Shown here: piece after piece, positions 1-11,358 of the stretch | Position numbering within the stretch: position 1 is the first letter of the stretch | Layout: every line of letters starts with the position of its first letter | NCBI GenBank assembly: GCA_951406725.2 | Contig: OX597832.1 | Location: forward strand, 39,866,001 to 39,930,000 | Length of the DNA stretch: 64,000 bases | Direction: 5' to 3' | Source of the DNA: Octopus vulgaris | Taxonomy: Eukaryota | Translations under genes and position numbers: made by a program | The notes under the pieces: generated by a model | What the model saw: the letters and a program-made list of their open reading frames with translations, nothing else | What the model was told of the DNA's origin: nothing | Databases searched by the model: none

Positions 1-117
1 AGGGGACTTTTTATAAAGGTGCATGGGGCAAAGAGCACACATTGTATGCAGACAAGAAACATCTGGTACGGGTGCTGGAAATGCTAAATCCCGTGATTTA
101 TATATATATATATATTT

Positions 118-521
118 AATGTAGGATAAAAATTTTTTCTAAAAAAAATTTTATCAATGGCCAGCATATTTAAAAATACCTTTAAAGGTTAAAATTATAA
201 ACAACTTATAAATAAGGGCAAACGAAAAAATTTCTTATGCCAAATATGCCGAAATTAGACACATTGTCCATTACCATATAATTTATCACAATACGCACGC
301 TACTCAAAAAAAAGCCACATTTATCACTGACGAAGGGAGGGTTCTCACGAACTAAACCTGAAATCGGTCCTATATGGTAATAATCGAATTTTTTAGAAAT
401 TTCTGTTGGCTTTTTTTTGAGTAGCGTGCGTATTGTGATAAATTATATGGTAATGGACAATATGTCCAATTTTCGGCATATTTGGCATTAGAAATTTTTT
501 CGTTTGCCCTTATTTATAAGT

Positions 522-524
<3 letters not shown>
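118..524. mobile_element. Penelope-like pseudo-LTR remnant arranged as an inverted repeat (arms 201-317 and 407-524) with a hammerhead in the spacer
   Basis: Arms are near-perfect reverse complements; homologous to the colinear copy at 60078-60375; flanked by (TA)n; carries a CTGACGA...GAAA hammerhead core. Confidence 0.6.
321..380 (+). ncRNA. Type I hammerhead ribozyme with a partly degenerate stem III
   Basis: TTATCA-CTGACGA-AGG(G..GGTTC TCAC GAACT..A)CCT-GAAA-TCGGTCCTA-TA-TGGTAA; stem I TTATCA/TGGTAA; AUA triplet; one mismatch in stem III. Confidence 0.55.
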
Positions 525-563
<39 letters not shown>

Positions 564-1016
564 AAAGGGTTGACTGTGAATTCATCCCTTAATTGGAGTA
601 GTTTCCAAAAGATTTCTAACGTTGTTTCTTCATACTTTACTTAATTTACTGGTGTAAATTAGCATAGATATGAACATTTATACAAGTATACTAAGTATAT
701 GATTTAACTTATAAAACAAAGTTCAACAAATTCAATCATGTTTTTCTTAAATGGAGGAGATTTAGATGTTAATATGGATTGAAATTGTTTTTATTCCTGT
801 AGCTATACGATCGATCGTTTCATACAGAAAAACAATAAATTCATTTTAAGAATCTGAGTTGTCAAAAAGTATTCGTCAGTAACAAAAATTGAGGAAAGGG
901 AAAAAAAGAGTAAAGCCAGAAAGACGTTAGAATTTCATAGGTATGGTGTTCGTTAAGTGTAATTGTTCATAGAGTCATGTCTATTTAAAACAACTTCAAG
1001 CCATTAGCAATCAGCA

Positions 1017-1249
1017 ATACCTATTTCTTTACTACCCACAAGGGGCTAAACACAGAGAGGACAAAGAAGGACAGACAAACGGATTAAGTCGATTATATCG
1101 ACCCCATTGCGTAACTGGTACTTATTTAATCGACCCCAAAAGGATGAAAGGCAAAGTCGACCTCGGCGGAATTTGAACTCAGAACGTAGCAGCAGACAAA
1201 ATACTGCTAAGCATTTCGCCCAGCATGCTAACGTTTCTGCCAGCTCACC
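1017..1249 (-). mobile_element. tRNA-derived SINE family B
   Basis: Same ~235-bp sequence as 38609, 39753, 52287 and 63597; B-box-like GAGTTCAAATTC; central GCCTTTCATCCTTT..GGGGTCGAT..TAAGTACCAG resembles the Nin/Deu-type SINE domain. Confidence 0.85.
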
Positions 1250-1674
1250 AAGACTAAGTTGGTATCAGTATTACTTAATTTACTGGTGTAAATTAGCGTA
1301 GATATGAAAATTTATACAAGTATACTAAGTATATGATTTCTGCAATCAACAATACCGATACCAACTTAGTCTTGGCTGCTGCTCCATTCTCATGGTCACA
1401 GTACTTAGCCCTTACTACCTGTATAAACCTTCAGTTCCATCCATGCTGACAATCTAGCCTAACACCTCCAAATCTGGTTACTCTTACAGAAAGGCTGTTG
1501 ACACTATTGTACTAGTCCTCCACTAATCCATGGTAACGCCTTGTTCTGCTATGTGTAGCAGTAAATGAAACAAACTGGTATCACTAAATAGACTATATCA
1601 CAGCCAGAAGACATAGCAGTGACAACTATCTAAGCTACATCCTGTCAGACCACAGCCTAAGGACAAAGAAAATA

Positions 1675-2186
1675 CTGTAAATCCTCGAGTATAATCCGCA
1701 TTTTCCCCAAAAAATTTAAAGGTCAAAATCCCTAGTGTGTACTATATACGAGGTTAAAAACGAAAATTATTTTCTAAGCAATGTCCGAGTCTCTATTTGC
1801 TGTCTGGCAATGTTTATTCAGACGCATTTTGTGATGTCGGGTGAAAATACCTTAAGCTAAGCTTGAAAGCAATGAAGTCATAAAAGAATCATCCATAACT
1901 TGCAGTAAGCAACATTTATTAAACGTTATTACTGTTATTTCTTTATTTTCTGCAAACAAAATGCACAAAAAAGCTTCACATTTGCATTATGTTATATATA
2001 CAATAATAATAAAGGACATTACCATATACATTGTTACAGACCAAGGACGTTACTCAGACCTCCTTGACTCAAGTTAGAGAAGGGGTGCGTATTATACACA
2101 AGGTTTTTAGGTTTTTCACAGTTACAGCCCCCTAAAAATCCGCTGTGTATTATACTCAAGGGTGGACTATACTTGAGGATTTACGG
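1675..2186. mobile_element. Non-autonomous Tc1/mariner-superfamily (pogo/Tigger-like) MITE
   Basis: TIRs CTGTAAATCCTCGAGTATA / TATACTTGAGGATTTACGG flanked by TA at 1673-1674 and 2187-2188; no ORF. Confidence 0.75.
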
Positions 2187-2647
2187 TAACTGATATTGCT
2201 TCCAGACCAATAGCACAGTGTGACCTGAGTTGACTAATAGAAGCCTAACATCTAGAAGCCTCCTTAAATTCGTCTCATATCCCTTGAGTTGATCTCACAA
2301 ATTCCTGATGAGTTAGATTTGTTCTACGAGCCATTGAAACTTTAAGTTGTATGGAGCTGTATATATACTACGCTACGGGGACTACAGGGGGAAGACAACA
2401 GCGGATGTTGCTCTACGTGGCAATCAGGAAAACATCAGGTAACCACACCCTTGTCACCTTATTTATTTCATTAGCGGAATCTTCACAGTATGCTCTCCGT
2501 TAAGTGACCCCAATTGTGAAGTAGGCAACAGATACTACACTTTCCGTCTTTTTTGCACAGGCCACACATCAAATTTTTTGTTCAGAGAATGTTATATGCG
2601 CAAGTTGTATATATACTAAGTTGTATATATACTAAGTTGTATGTATA

Positions 2648-4079
2648 CTAGCAGGTGTACTCGGCATTGCCCAGGGCTGTTTGTTAAGTATGCTTGTTTG
2701 GTTATTAGACCATTCATGGATGCACCTCTGAACTGAATGAAAGAAATCATAATGGCAGATGTTCTCTGCGTTGTTTGATTTATTTAGCGCAAAAGTGAAC
2801 ATGCAGAGTCATACGCCCACACCATTGTCATTATTTTCCATTGGGGCAGTAGGTAAATCTGTAGTAATTGAGTTTATTTTCCCTACCACATAACTGCTGA
2901 CATGTGCTGTTTAGCAGGTGAAAAGGTTGAACCTAAAGATATGACATAAAGAGAAACAGTATGTTTACCTGCTGCTTCGCTGGGTTGCACATGCAACATT
3001 AGCTGAACAAAAAATTTGACGTGTGGCCTGTGCAAACAAAGACGGAAAGTGTAGTATCTGTTGCCTACTTCACAATTGGGGCCACTTAACGGAGAGAAAT
3101 ACTGTGAAGATTCCGCTAATGAAATAAATAAGGTGACAAGGGTGTGGTTACCTGATGTTTTCCTGATTGCCACGTAGAGCAACATCCGTTGTTGTATTTC
3201 CCCTGTAATCCCCGTAGCGCATGCAGCAGCTGTTGCTGCAGCATCTCTTGTAAGTCAATCCGTGCATTGTGCTGCAGTCTCTGCAGCTCGTGCAGCAGCA
3301 GTAGAGGAAGCATTTCTTGTTCAGCGTACTGAACATTGCTCGTTGCCCTGGGTAGCTCATTGTGCAGCGATACATGCTAACCAATAACAACACCTCTCTT
3401 CACTTTCCCTTCTTCACGCTGAAGCCATCCTAAGTGCATTGAGAGAGTTCCTCCTGGCGGCATCCTCGGCAGATTCATTTGCACACATACGTTTACTTTT
3501 CTTTGCAGCATTTGTTTGCTGACCTATACTGGATCTTTTGTGTCAAGGCATGGTGGAAAATTATCAGTTTACGCAATAGAAAAAATCCTAAGGAAAAAAC
3601 AGTGAATGTGAAGCACCCAAAAAATAGTAAAGTTTAGTTGGCAAAAATGTTAATCAAACAGACCGAATTGAGGATTTTAAATTTTGGGTAAGAGTTTTGC
3701 AGTGGCAAGTTTAAGTTGGAATAATTATATGAAAACGAGCACTCACGTGAAATCAGAGGCAAATCGTAACTCACAAATGAATACTGCTGGCAGTACTGAG
3801 CAAGCAGTCAATAAGAGCTTACCACAGCTGACAAAGTAAAGTATTGATATTTTCCAGCTGGGTGTGTGTCAAGTTTTTTTCACTGGCTCAAGCCAAATCC
3901 TAGGCGAATTGACAGTAGTCTATTTATGTTGGAGGACATGGAATTTCAAGGGAAAAATTATAAGAAAAAGCATCCTAAGTCAAAGAGAGCACACATGTCA
4001 AATTTGGTGAAATTGAGTTTAAATTGTACTTGTAGAAGTGGTTCACACGGACAGACAACTTGCCCTTTAATATATGAGA
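2648..4079 (-). mobile_element. Non-autonomous Helitron
   Basis: Minus strand begins A|TCTCATATATTAAAGGGCAAGTTGTCTGTCCG and ends with a GC-rich hairpin (CCTGGGCAATGCCGAG) then CTAG|T; decayed ORF start MP*HKRSSIGQQTNAAKKSKR at 3551. Confidence 0.75.
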
Positions 4080-4147
4080 TAGTTCCTACCAAATGTGTAG
4101 GGTGTCAGTTTCTTTTGCTTGTCCACTCACTCATATATGTATATATT

Positions 4148-4570
4148 ATCATCATCATCATCATATAACATCCGCTTTCCATGCTGGCATGAGAAAACTG
4201 GTAAGCTGCAGTTGTAACAGGTTCCAATCTGATTTGGCAAGGGTTCTACGACTGGATGCACTTTCTAATGCCAACCACTCCGAGAGTTTAGTGCGTGTTT
4301 TTTACATCCCACTAGCACAGATGCCATTGATCTGACACTGTCATCGACCATGACAACGGTCTCACTTGGTTTGACAAGTCTACACAAGTACAGCTTATCA
4401 CCAAAGGTCTTGGTCACATGACACTAGAATTGGCCATGGCTACAATCTTACTTGGCTTGGTGGGTCTTCTCAAGCACTGCATATCTCCAAAGGTCTTGGT
4501 TGCTTGTTATTGACTCTGTGAAGCCCAGCATTTGAAGACTGTGCTTCACTACCTCGTCCCATGTCTTCAT
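4148..4570 (-). mobile_element. 3' end of an RTE-clade LINE (ORF C-terminus plus 3'UTR, family C)
   Basis: KTWDEVVKHSLQMLGFTESITSNQDLWRYAVLEKTHQAK* resembles RTE C-termini; followed by the family C sequence and a (GAT)n tail. Confidence 0.75.
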
Positions 4571-4695
4571 TATATATGGGTGTGTTTGTGTGTATAAAAT
4601 TGATATTGACAGCCAGGTGCAATGTGATAACATAAAGGAAAAATTCAACCGTCACTAAGTGTGACTAATATATATATATATACATATATATATAC

Positions 4696-4739
<44 letters not shown>

Positions 4740-4741
<2 letters not shown>

Positions 4742-7316
4742 ATTGATTGATTGATTGATTCTAGTTTCAGCTTATGAGCTGTGGCCATGCTGGGGCACCG
4801 CCATTTGGTGTTGCTACTTGGTTTCACTTCATGGAGGCTTTCTAGCAACTGCTATTTGGTGCATGAGAGAGTTCGATGCAGCTGCCCTCATCTGCCCCTC
4901 CTGCCGTGAAGTTGGTTCATCTGGGACACCTGACAGGAAGAGATCCAGCTTCATTTTAAAGACATTTGTATCCACCCCATGCAGGTCTCTCAGGTTCTTC
5001 GGGAGGATATTGAAGAGCTGTGGGCCTCGGAAGCCCAGGCTATCACAGAATCTTGTCCTACATCTTGATGGCAGGTTTGGAGTCCTAGGCACCACGCAGT
5101 GGCGCCCAGTTCTGGCATTTGCGTAACTCTCGATGCCAAAGTTCAGGACACTTCCCTCCAGGATCTTCCAGATGTATATTATGGCATATCTTTCCCGCCT
5201 ACGCTCCAGGGAATATAATTTTAATCTCTTGAGTCTTTCCCAGTAGCTTACATTCTGCATAGAGGCTATCTTCTTTGTGTAGCTTCGTTGGATCGCCTCA
5301 AGTTCTGTGATCAACTTGACACTGGATGGTGACCATAGCTGAGAGCAATAGTCAAAGTGGCTTAGGACAAGTGTCTTCCAGAGGACCATCATGGTTTCTT
5401 GTTCTCTTGTTCTAAAGGTTCTAAGAATCCAGCCAGCCAGCCGTCTACATTTCATTGTCAGTTTAGCAACATGTACATGAAAGGTCGCGTCATCACTCAT
5501 GTGAATACCAAGGTCACGCACTGATTGTGCCTCTGGGATTGCAATCCCTCCGGGTCCAGTGTATTCATTGGGTATTGCATTCAGTTTTGCATGCTGATAG
5601 TATAAAGCTTGAAACTTTCCAGCATTGAACTGCATGCTATTCTTTTCAGCCCACTTGTATATTTCGTCCAGCTCACATTGCAGGTGTTTAGTGTCCTCAG
5701 GGTTCTGAATTGCCTGTGAGACTTTTGTATCATCTGCATAACTTGTGATCGTGGCTCTCTGCGTGGCTGAGGGCATGTCTGAGAGGGCCATTATGAACAG
5801 TAGTGGTCCCAGAACAGTGCCCTGCGGAACACCGCTCACTATTTGTGTGTTAATGGAGGTGGCCCCATTGGCTACTACCACCTGACTTCTATCCTTCAGA
5901 AAGTCATGAAGCCATTCTCCCAGTTTTCCAACTATGTTGAGATCACGCAGTTTGTGACATATCATTCCATGATCGACTTTATCAAAGGCCTTTGCAAAGT
6001 CGAGATATATCACTTCCACATTTGAGTGGTTGAGCAGCCGTTTCAGCACCCAGTCATAGTGTTGTAGGAGCTGAGTTAAACAGCTTCTCCCTGGTCGGAA
6101 ACCATGTTGGGTGTCGGGCAGCAGGTCATTCTCTTCAAGGAAGGTGATCAGCTTCCTTCTGACTATTCGTTCCATGACCTTGCTGATGTGTGAGGTCAGA
6201 GAGATAGGTCTATAGTTCTTGGCTTCCGCTCTGCTACCTCCTTTATGAATGGGGCATATTTTACCTTCCTTCAGTTTTCCTGGAAGTTTGCCAGCTGCAA
6301 GGAAGCTCTGAAAGAGGAACTGCAGTGGTCTTGCTAGGACTCTCTTACATGCTTTTAGGAGGATTGCCGGGAATCCATCGGGGCCAGTAGCTGAGTCTGT
6401 TTTCATTTCATCTATAGCCTTGGTTACATCGTCTTCCTTTATATCGATGTAATCTATCGTCGCCGCCTCTGATTTTATATCTGCAGTGGTAAAAAAGTCA
6501 GTTGGATTGGTGATTTGGAGATGCCCAAGGGGTGGAGTGAAAACACTCTTGAATTGCTCATTCAGTATTTCACTTACCCTCATTGGTTTTCCTGTAAGTG
6601 TGCCATCCTTTTCAAGGAGTGGCCCTATTCTACAGTGCACTGTAGCTGTTTCTTTGGCATACCTGTAGAAAGCTCTGGGGTTAGATTTTATGTTTTCTAT
6701 AGCCCAGGCTTCTTTGTCTGCTCTTTCTTTTTCATGGGAGAGTTGCAGACATTTTTCGATTTCCAACAGTTTTATTTTTAGGCGGGACTTTTCACTGCTT
6801 TCAATCTGTTTGTTTAGGCGATTTGAAAATTTCGTACGCCGTCTCATTAAAATTTTCCTCTCTCTGGGGATTTTGTTCTTGTGTACAGTGGCCTTTCTCT
6901 CTGGGACACATTTGTAGCATATGGCTTGCATTACAGACATGAATTGTTGAAGTTTCACATCGATGTCTGGCGAGGAGAGACATTCAGGCCAGTTTTGTTT
7001 GAGGATCTCTTTCTCAATTTGTTTCCAGTTTGCCTTATGGTAGTTCAAGCTGGAAAGATTTTGAGGGTTTCTTGTAGGCTGCATGTCCGTGCTCTCTTTT
7101 GGCCCGTACATGGTCAGCTCTATCATGTTGTGATCCGAGAGTAGTGTCGGTGTCACTTTCACATTATGGATGAGATCCATGTCATTTGTGAAGCAGAGAT
7201 CCAGTGTGTTACCTGCCCTGGTTGGTTGGAGTATTACCTGCTCCATGTACAGGGTGTTGATGAGGTTCAGGAGGGACCTCGCCTGTCCTCGTTCACATCT
7301 TGTCATTCCTGGGAGA
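4740..7316 (-). mobile_element. 5'-truncated young CR1-group LINE inserted in a (TA)n microsatellite
   Basis: Open RT ORF, short 3'UTR, (ATCA)n tail at 4740-4760, (TA)n on both sides. Confidence 0.9.
4829..7306 (-). CDS. LINE ORF2: C-terminal part of the APE endonuclease plus complete reverse transcriptase (5'-truncated; the Met start is incidental)
   Basis: QPTRAGNTLDLCFTN and LLSDHNMI (APE); GPDG, NYRPISLTS, QHGFRPGRSC, YLDFAKAFDKVDH, GVPQGTVLGP, YADDT, RDLG (RT); SLERRRERY C-terminus; 825 codons without a stop. Confidence 0.95.
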   Translation of the reverse strand: MTRCERGQARSLLNLINTLYMEQVILQPTRAGNTLDLCFTNDMDLIHNVKVTPTLLSDHNMIELTMYGPKESTDMQPTRNPQNLSSLNYHKANWKQIEKEILKQNWPECLSSPDIDVKLQQFMSVMQAICYKCVPERKATVHKNKIPRERKILMRRRTKFSNRLNKQIESSEKSRLKIKLLEIEKCLQLSHEKERADKEAWAIENIKSNPRAFYRYAKETATVHCRIGPLLEKDGTLTGKPMRVSEILNEQFKSVFTPPLGHLQITNPTDFFTTADIKSEAATIDYIDIKEDDVTKAIDEMKTDSATGPDGFPAILLKACKRVLARPLQFLFQSFLAAGKLPGKLKEGKICPIHKGGSRAEAKNYRPISLTSHISKVMERIVRRKLITFLEENDLLPDTQHGFRPGRSCLTQLLQHYDWVLKRLLNHSNVEVIYLDFAKAFDKVDHGMICHKLRDLNIVGKLGEWLHDFLKDRSQVVVANGATSINTQIVSGVPQGTVLGPLLFIMALSDMPSATQRATITSYADDTKVSQAIQNPEDTKHLQCELDEIYKWAEKNSMQFNAGKFQALYYQHAKLNAIPNEYTGPGGIAIPEAQSVRDLGIHMSDDATFHVHVAKLTMKCRRLAGWILRTFRTREQETMMVLWKTLVLSHFDYCSQLWSPSSVKLITELEAIQRSYTKKIASMQNVSYWERLKRLKLYSLERRRERYAIIYIWKILEGSVLNFGIESYANARTGRHCVVPRTPNLPSRCRTRFCDSLGFRGPQLFNILPKNLRDLHGVDTNVFKMKLDLFLSGVPDEPTSRQEGQMRAAASNSLMHQIAVARKPP

Positions 7317-7472
7317 TATATATATATATATATATATAAAATGTTGCTTTTAATTTTATTTGTATTAAATTGTTTGCTATATTTTTATCATATTACAAAT
7401 AAAATAAGTATCTACTAAATATTTTTTCTCCATTTTCTTATATTAATATAACTATATATATGTATATATATG

Positions 7473-7516
<44 letters not shown>

Positions 7517-8279
7517 TATATATATATAATATATAGTATATGTAGGTCCCGGGTTGAGTCGGGGTTAACCACAGTAAATAAGGTACTCAATACATAGCAG
7601 AGTAAATTAATTTATTTTATAGTATATATATATATAATATATAGTATATATATATAGTATATATATATATATATATATAGTATATATATAATATATAGTA
7701 TATATATAATATATAGTATATATATATATATAATATATAGTACATACATATATATATATATATATACACACATATAGTCTACGTCCACACACATGCACAT
7801 ATACACACACATCATTATCATCATTTAACACCATGTGTACACACACACACAATGGGTGTACTGGGTGCTTTTTTTTTCACCTGGCACCAACACCCACACC
7901 ATACAACATACCTGTATCATAAACACATCCTCCTCTGTGTGTGTGTGTGTGTGTGTGTGTCCCCAAATGATCGGTGGGGGGTGGGTGGGATATACAGATA
8001 GATATATGCTTGACCTGTTAACCTCCTTACATACAATAATATCTCTAATATTTGCAAATATTCTGTGTAGTCATTCTTACATTCTTCTTTGTTTCTTTCT
8101 ATCTTCCCACATTCCTATCTTCCTTCCTTTCCTTCTGCCTTTCTATTCTTTCTCTTTCCTCTCACTCATTCATTCCTCTCACTCATTCATTCATTCTTTG
8201 CCTCTCACTTTTGTTTTCTTTTTCTATGTATTTTTTTATTTATTTGTTTTGTCTCTTACCTCTTTTATATCCTTTTCTG

Positions 8280-9142
8280 TCACCACCAACACCACTACCA
8301 CCATGCTACAGCCACCACCACTACCACTACCACCGGCAACACCACCACTACTACCTCCACCACCAATAGCAACAATACCTCTGCTGTTGCTCCCACTGCC
8401 TTCACTGCCTCCACCACCACGACCACTACCACCACCGCCACCACTGCCACCATCACCACCACTGTCCCCACCACCACCACTATCACCACAACCACCACTG
8501 CCACCAGCACTACCACATCCACTACCACAACCACTACCACCACAACCACTACCTCCACGACCACTACCACCACAACCACTACCACCACAACCACTACCTC
8601 CACGACCACTACCACCACAACCACTACCACCACGACCACTACCACCACAACCACTACCACCACGACCACTACCACCACAACCACTACCACCACGACCACT
8701 ACCGCCACAACAACTACCACCACAACCACTACCACCACAACCACTACCACCACGACCACTACCACCACTGCCACCATCACCACCATCACCAGCACCACCA
8801 CTGCCATGACGACCACCACTATTACCACCACTACCACCATCACCACCACCACTATCACCACAACCACCACTGCCACCAGCACCACCACAATCACCACTTG
8901 CACCACCTCCACTACCACAACCACTACCACCACCACCCCACCACATTGCAACAATATCTCTGCTGTTGCTGCCAGTACCTTCACTACCACTACCACCACA
9001 ACTACAACCACCACCACAACTACTACGACGACGACCACCACCACCACCACCATGACCACCAACACCATCACTATCAACTCTATCACTACCACTGCTATCT
9101 CAACCACTATCACCACTACCACCACCACCACCACCACCACCA
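8280..9142. repeat. (ACC/ACT)n trinucleotide array with a 15-bp higher-order unit (CCACTACCACCACAA/CGA) at ~8520-8765
   Basis: Direct inspection. Confidence 0.95.
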
Positions 9143-9592
9143 TTCTGCTTGTACTTCCTTGATTTTTTTCATTTATATATCTTTCATTATTTTTTCCTTT
9201 CTGCCATTAGTTACCTACAGTACACACAGTACCCACGCCCTCTGACACCTCACATTCTCCCATACACCCCACAACACCCAACCATCTCAACCCAGCCTCC
9301 ACCCCCCCACCCCCACCGCAATCCCACCTTACTCCCTTTTTGTGATCCTTAACAGGTAAAACAACTTTAGTTATTCTCATATAATTATTTGTATGTGTTT
9401 GTATACAAATGCGTTAAAACACACACACACACACACACACATATATCGGCCCATTTGTTTAGACATGCACCAGCACTCATGCACACACCTGCATACATGC
9501 ACTCACACTCATACACATTTACATATATATGCATACACACACACACATTATGTATGTATATGTATATGCATATATCTGCTGCTTAAAATAAA

Positions 9593-9640
<48 letters not shown>

Positions 9641-9645
<5 letters not shown>

Positions 9646-9937
9646 GCACCATTCAAACGTGGCCGATGCCAGCGCCGCCTTGACTGGCTTCCATGCCGGT
9701 GGCATGTAAAAAGCACCAACCATTCGTGGCCGTTGCCAGCCTTCCCTGGCACGTAAAAAGCACCCACTACACTCACGGAGTGGTTGGCGTTAGGAAGGGC
9801 ATCTAGCTGTAGAAACACTGCCAGATCAGACTGGAGCCTGGTGCAGCCTCCTGGCTTCCCAGACCCTGGTCAAACCATCCAACCCATGCTAGCATGGAAA
9901 ACGGACATTAAACGATGATGATGATGATGATGATGAT
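9641..9937 (+). mobile_element. Family C (RTE LINE 3'UTR copy)
   Basis: GTGGTTGGCGTTAGGAAGGGCATC...AACCCATGCTAGCATGGAAAACGGACATTAAAC(GAT)n. Confidence 0.85.
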
Positions 9938-10774
9938 ATACTACAGATGTGGGAAATTTTGTTTGTGAGTGTGTTTGTGGAGTTGTTAGCTAACTCATCC
10001 AACATCGTTTTATCGATTTTGATAAAACTTGACACATGAGTAGAATTCGTGCCTGGAGACCTCATGGCATATTCAGATTGTTGAAAAAATTTATAATAGG
10101 GCCCTGGAAGAGATCCTTATATATATAGCCAAGGGAAATAACCCATTCATTTTCCTAAATTATGTCGTAAAAATGAAATTGAGTATGCTTATTTCTTAGT
10201 AATTGAACTGTTAGAGTTATTTTCACAATTTATGTTTGAACAAGTAAGCAGTATCTTGCTAAACAATAGATCCACTTATTTGGGTTAGTGACTTTTTCAC
10301 AAATATACCAACACTAGCGCCCCTGAGGGTAATATTCACTGGGAACGTGCAAAAGCCCTTTTCAGAGTTATTTACTTTGAATTGTTATTATCCCATATCT
10401 GATTAGCCTGTTATTACGTAACATGATTCACAATTTTAATATACATACCTTATTAGTATTTCTTCCTATGTTCTATATACTCTGGGAATGCATTAAAGCT
10501 GTTTTGGGGGCTACTTTATTTGAATTCTTACTATCGGATAACTACTTTCATGTTATTACATAACTGACTTCACAATTTGGGTATTCATAACTTATTGGGA
10601 GTTCCTAAAAACAAGATCCTGTGTGAGACAGTTCAGTATTCTCTGTAAATGCACAAAAACCGTTTTAAGGGCTACATACTTTGTATTGTTGTTATCGGGT
10701 TAGGGAAACGATTATGAGAACGGAACCAAGGGATAAGCCCCGCTTTTCCAGGAATTACTGGGTACGTCGACTAG
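9938..10774 (+). mobile_element. Non-autonomous Helitron-like element
   Basis: Ends with a weak hairpin (CCAGGAATTACTGGG) then CTAG|T at 10771-10775; 5' region TTTGTTTGTGAGTGTG...ATCGATTTTGATAAAACTTGACAC resembles invertebrate Helitron 5' ends; exact 5' TC not seen. Confidence 0.55.
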
Positions 10775-10827
10775 TATAGATTTATATATATATTTCTATA
10801 AGATATGTGTGTATATATATGTGTGTG

Positions 10828-10887
<60 letters not shown>

Positions 10888-11089
10888 CACACACACACAC
10901 ACATATATTATAGAAATATATATATAAATCTATACACACACATATATATACATACATACACACGCACACACATATGTACATATATATACATATATATTTA
11001 ACCATCATTATCATCATCATTTAACATCTGCCCTCTGTGCTGGCATGGATATATATATATACATATTTACATATATATATATATATATA

Positions 11090-11129
<40 letters not shown>

Positions 11130-11330
11130 AACATATGCAAGCAGACATATAAACAGTTCCTTTGTTTTTGGTTACTATTGTTGCTATTATTGCTAATGCC
11201 ATTGTTGTGGTTAGTAGTAGCAGCAGCAGTAGTAGTAGTAGTTGTTGTTGTTGTAGTAGTAGTTTTTGTTTACTGATGGACCATAAAACAGAATTACCGA
11301 TAGAACAGAAACAGCATTATTTAACTGTGT

Positions 11331-11358
11331 TAACCCTAACCCTAACCCTAACCTTAAC
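11331..11358. repeat. Short interstitial (CCCTAA)n telomere-like repeat
   Basis: TAACCCTAACCCTAACCCTAACCTTAAC. Confidence 0.7.

Noticed and set aside
7541-7618. Short GC-richer island starting TGTAGG within (TA)n, possible LTR end
   Set aside because: No second copy, PBS, PPT or TG..CA boundary to confirm
7835-9245. Long Pro-rich, Thr-rich (mucin-like), Gly-rich and His-rich ORFs
   Set aside because: Several frames on both strands are open only because of the (ACC)n array; no domain or splice context
11331-11358. Telomeric repeat as evidence of a chromosome fusion
   Set aside because: Only about four units in one orientation; such tracts are common inside repeats
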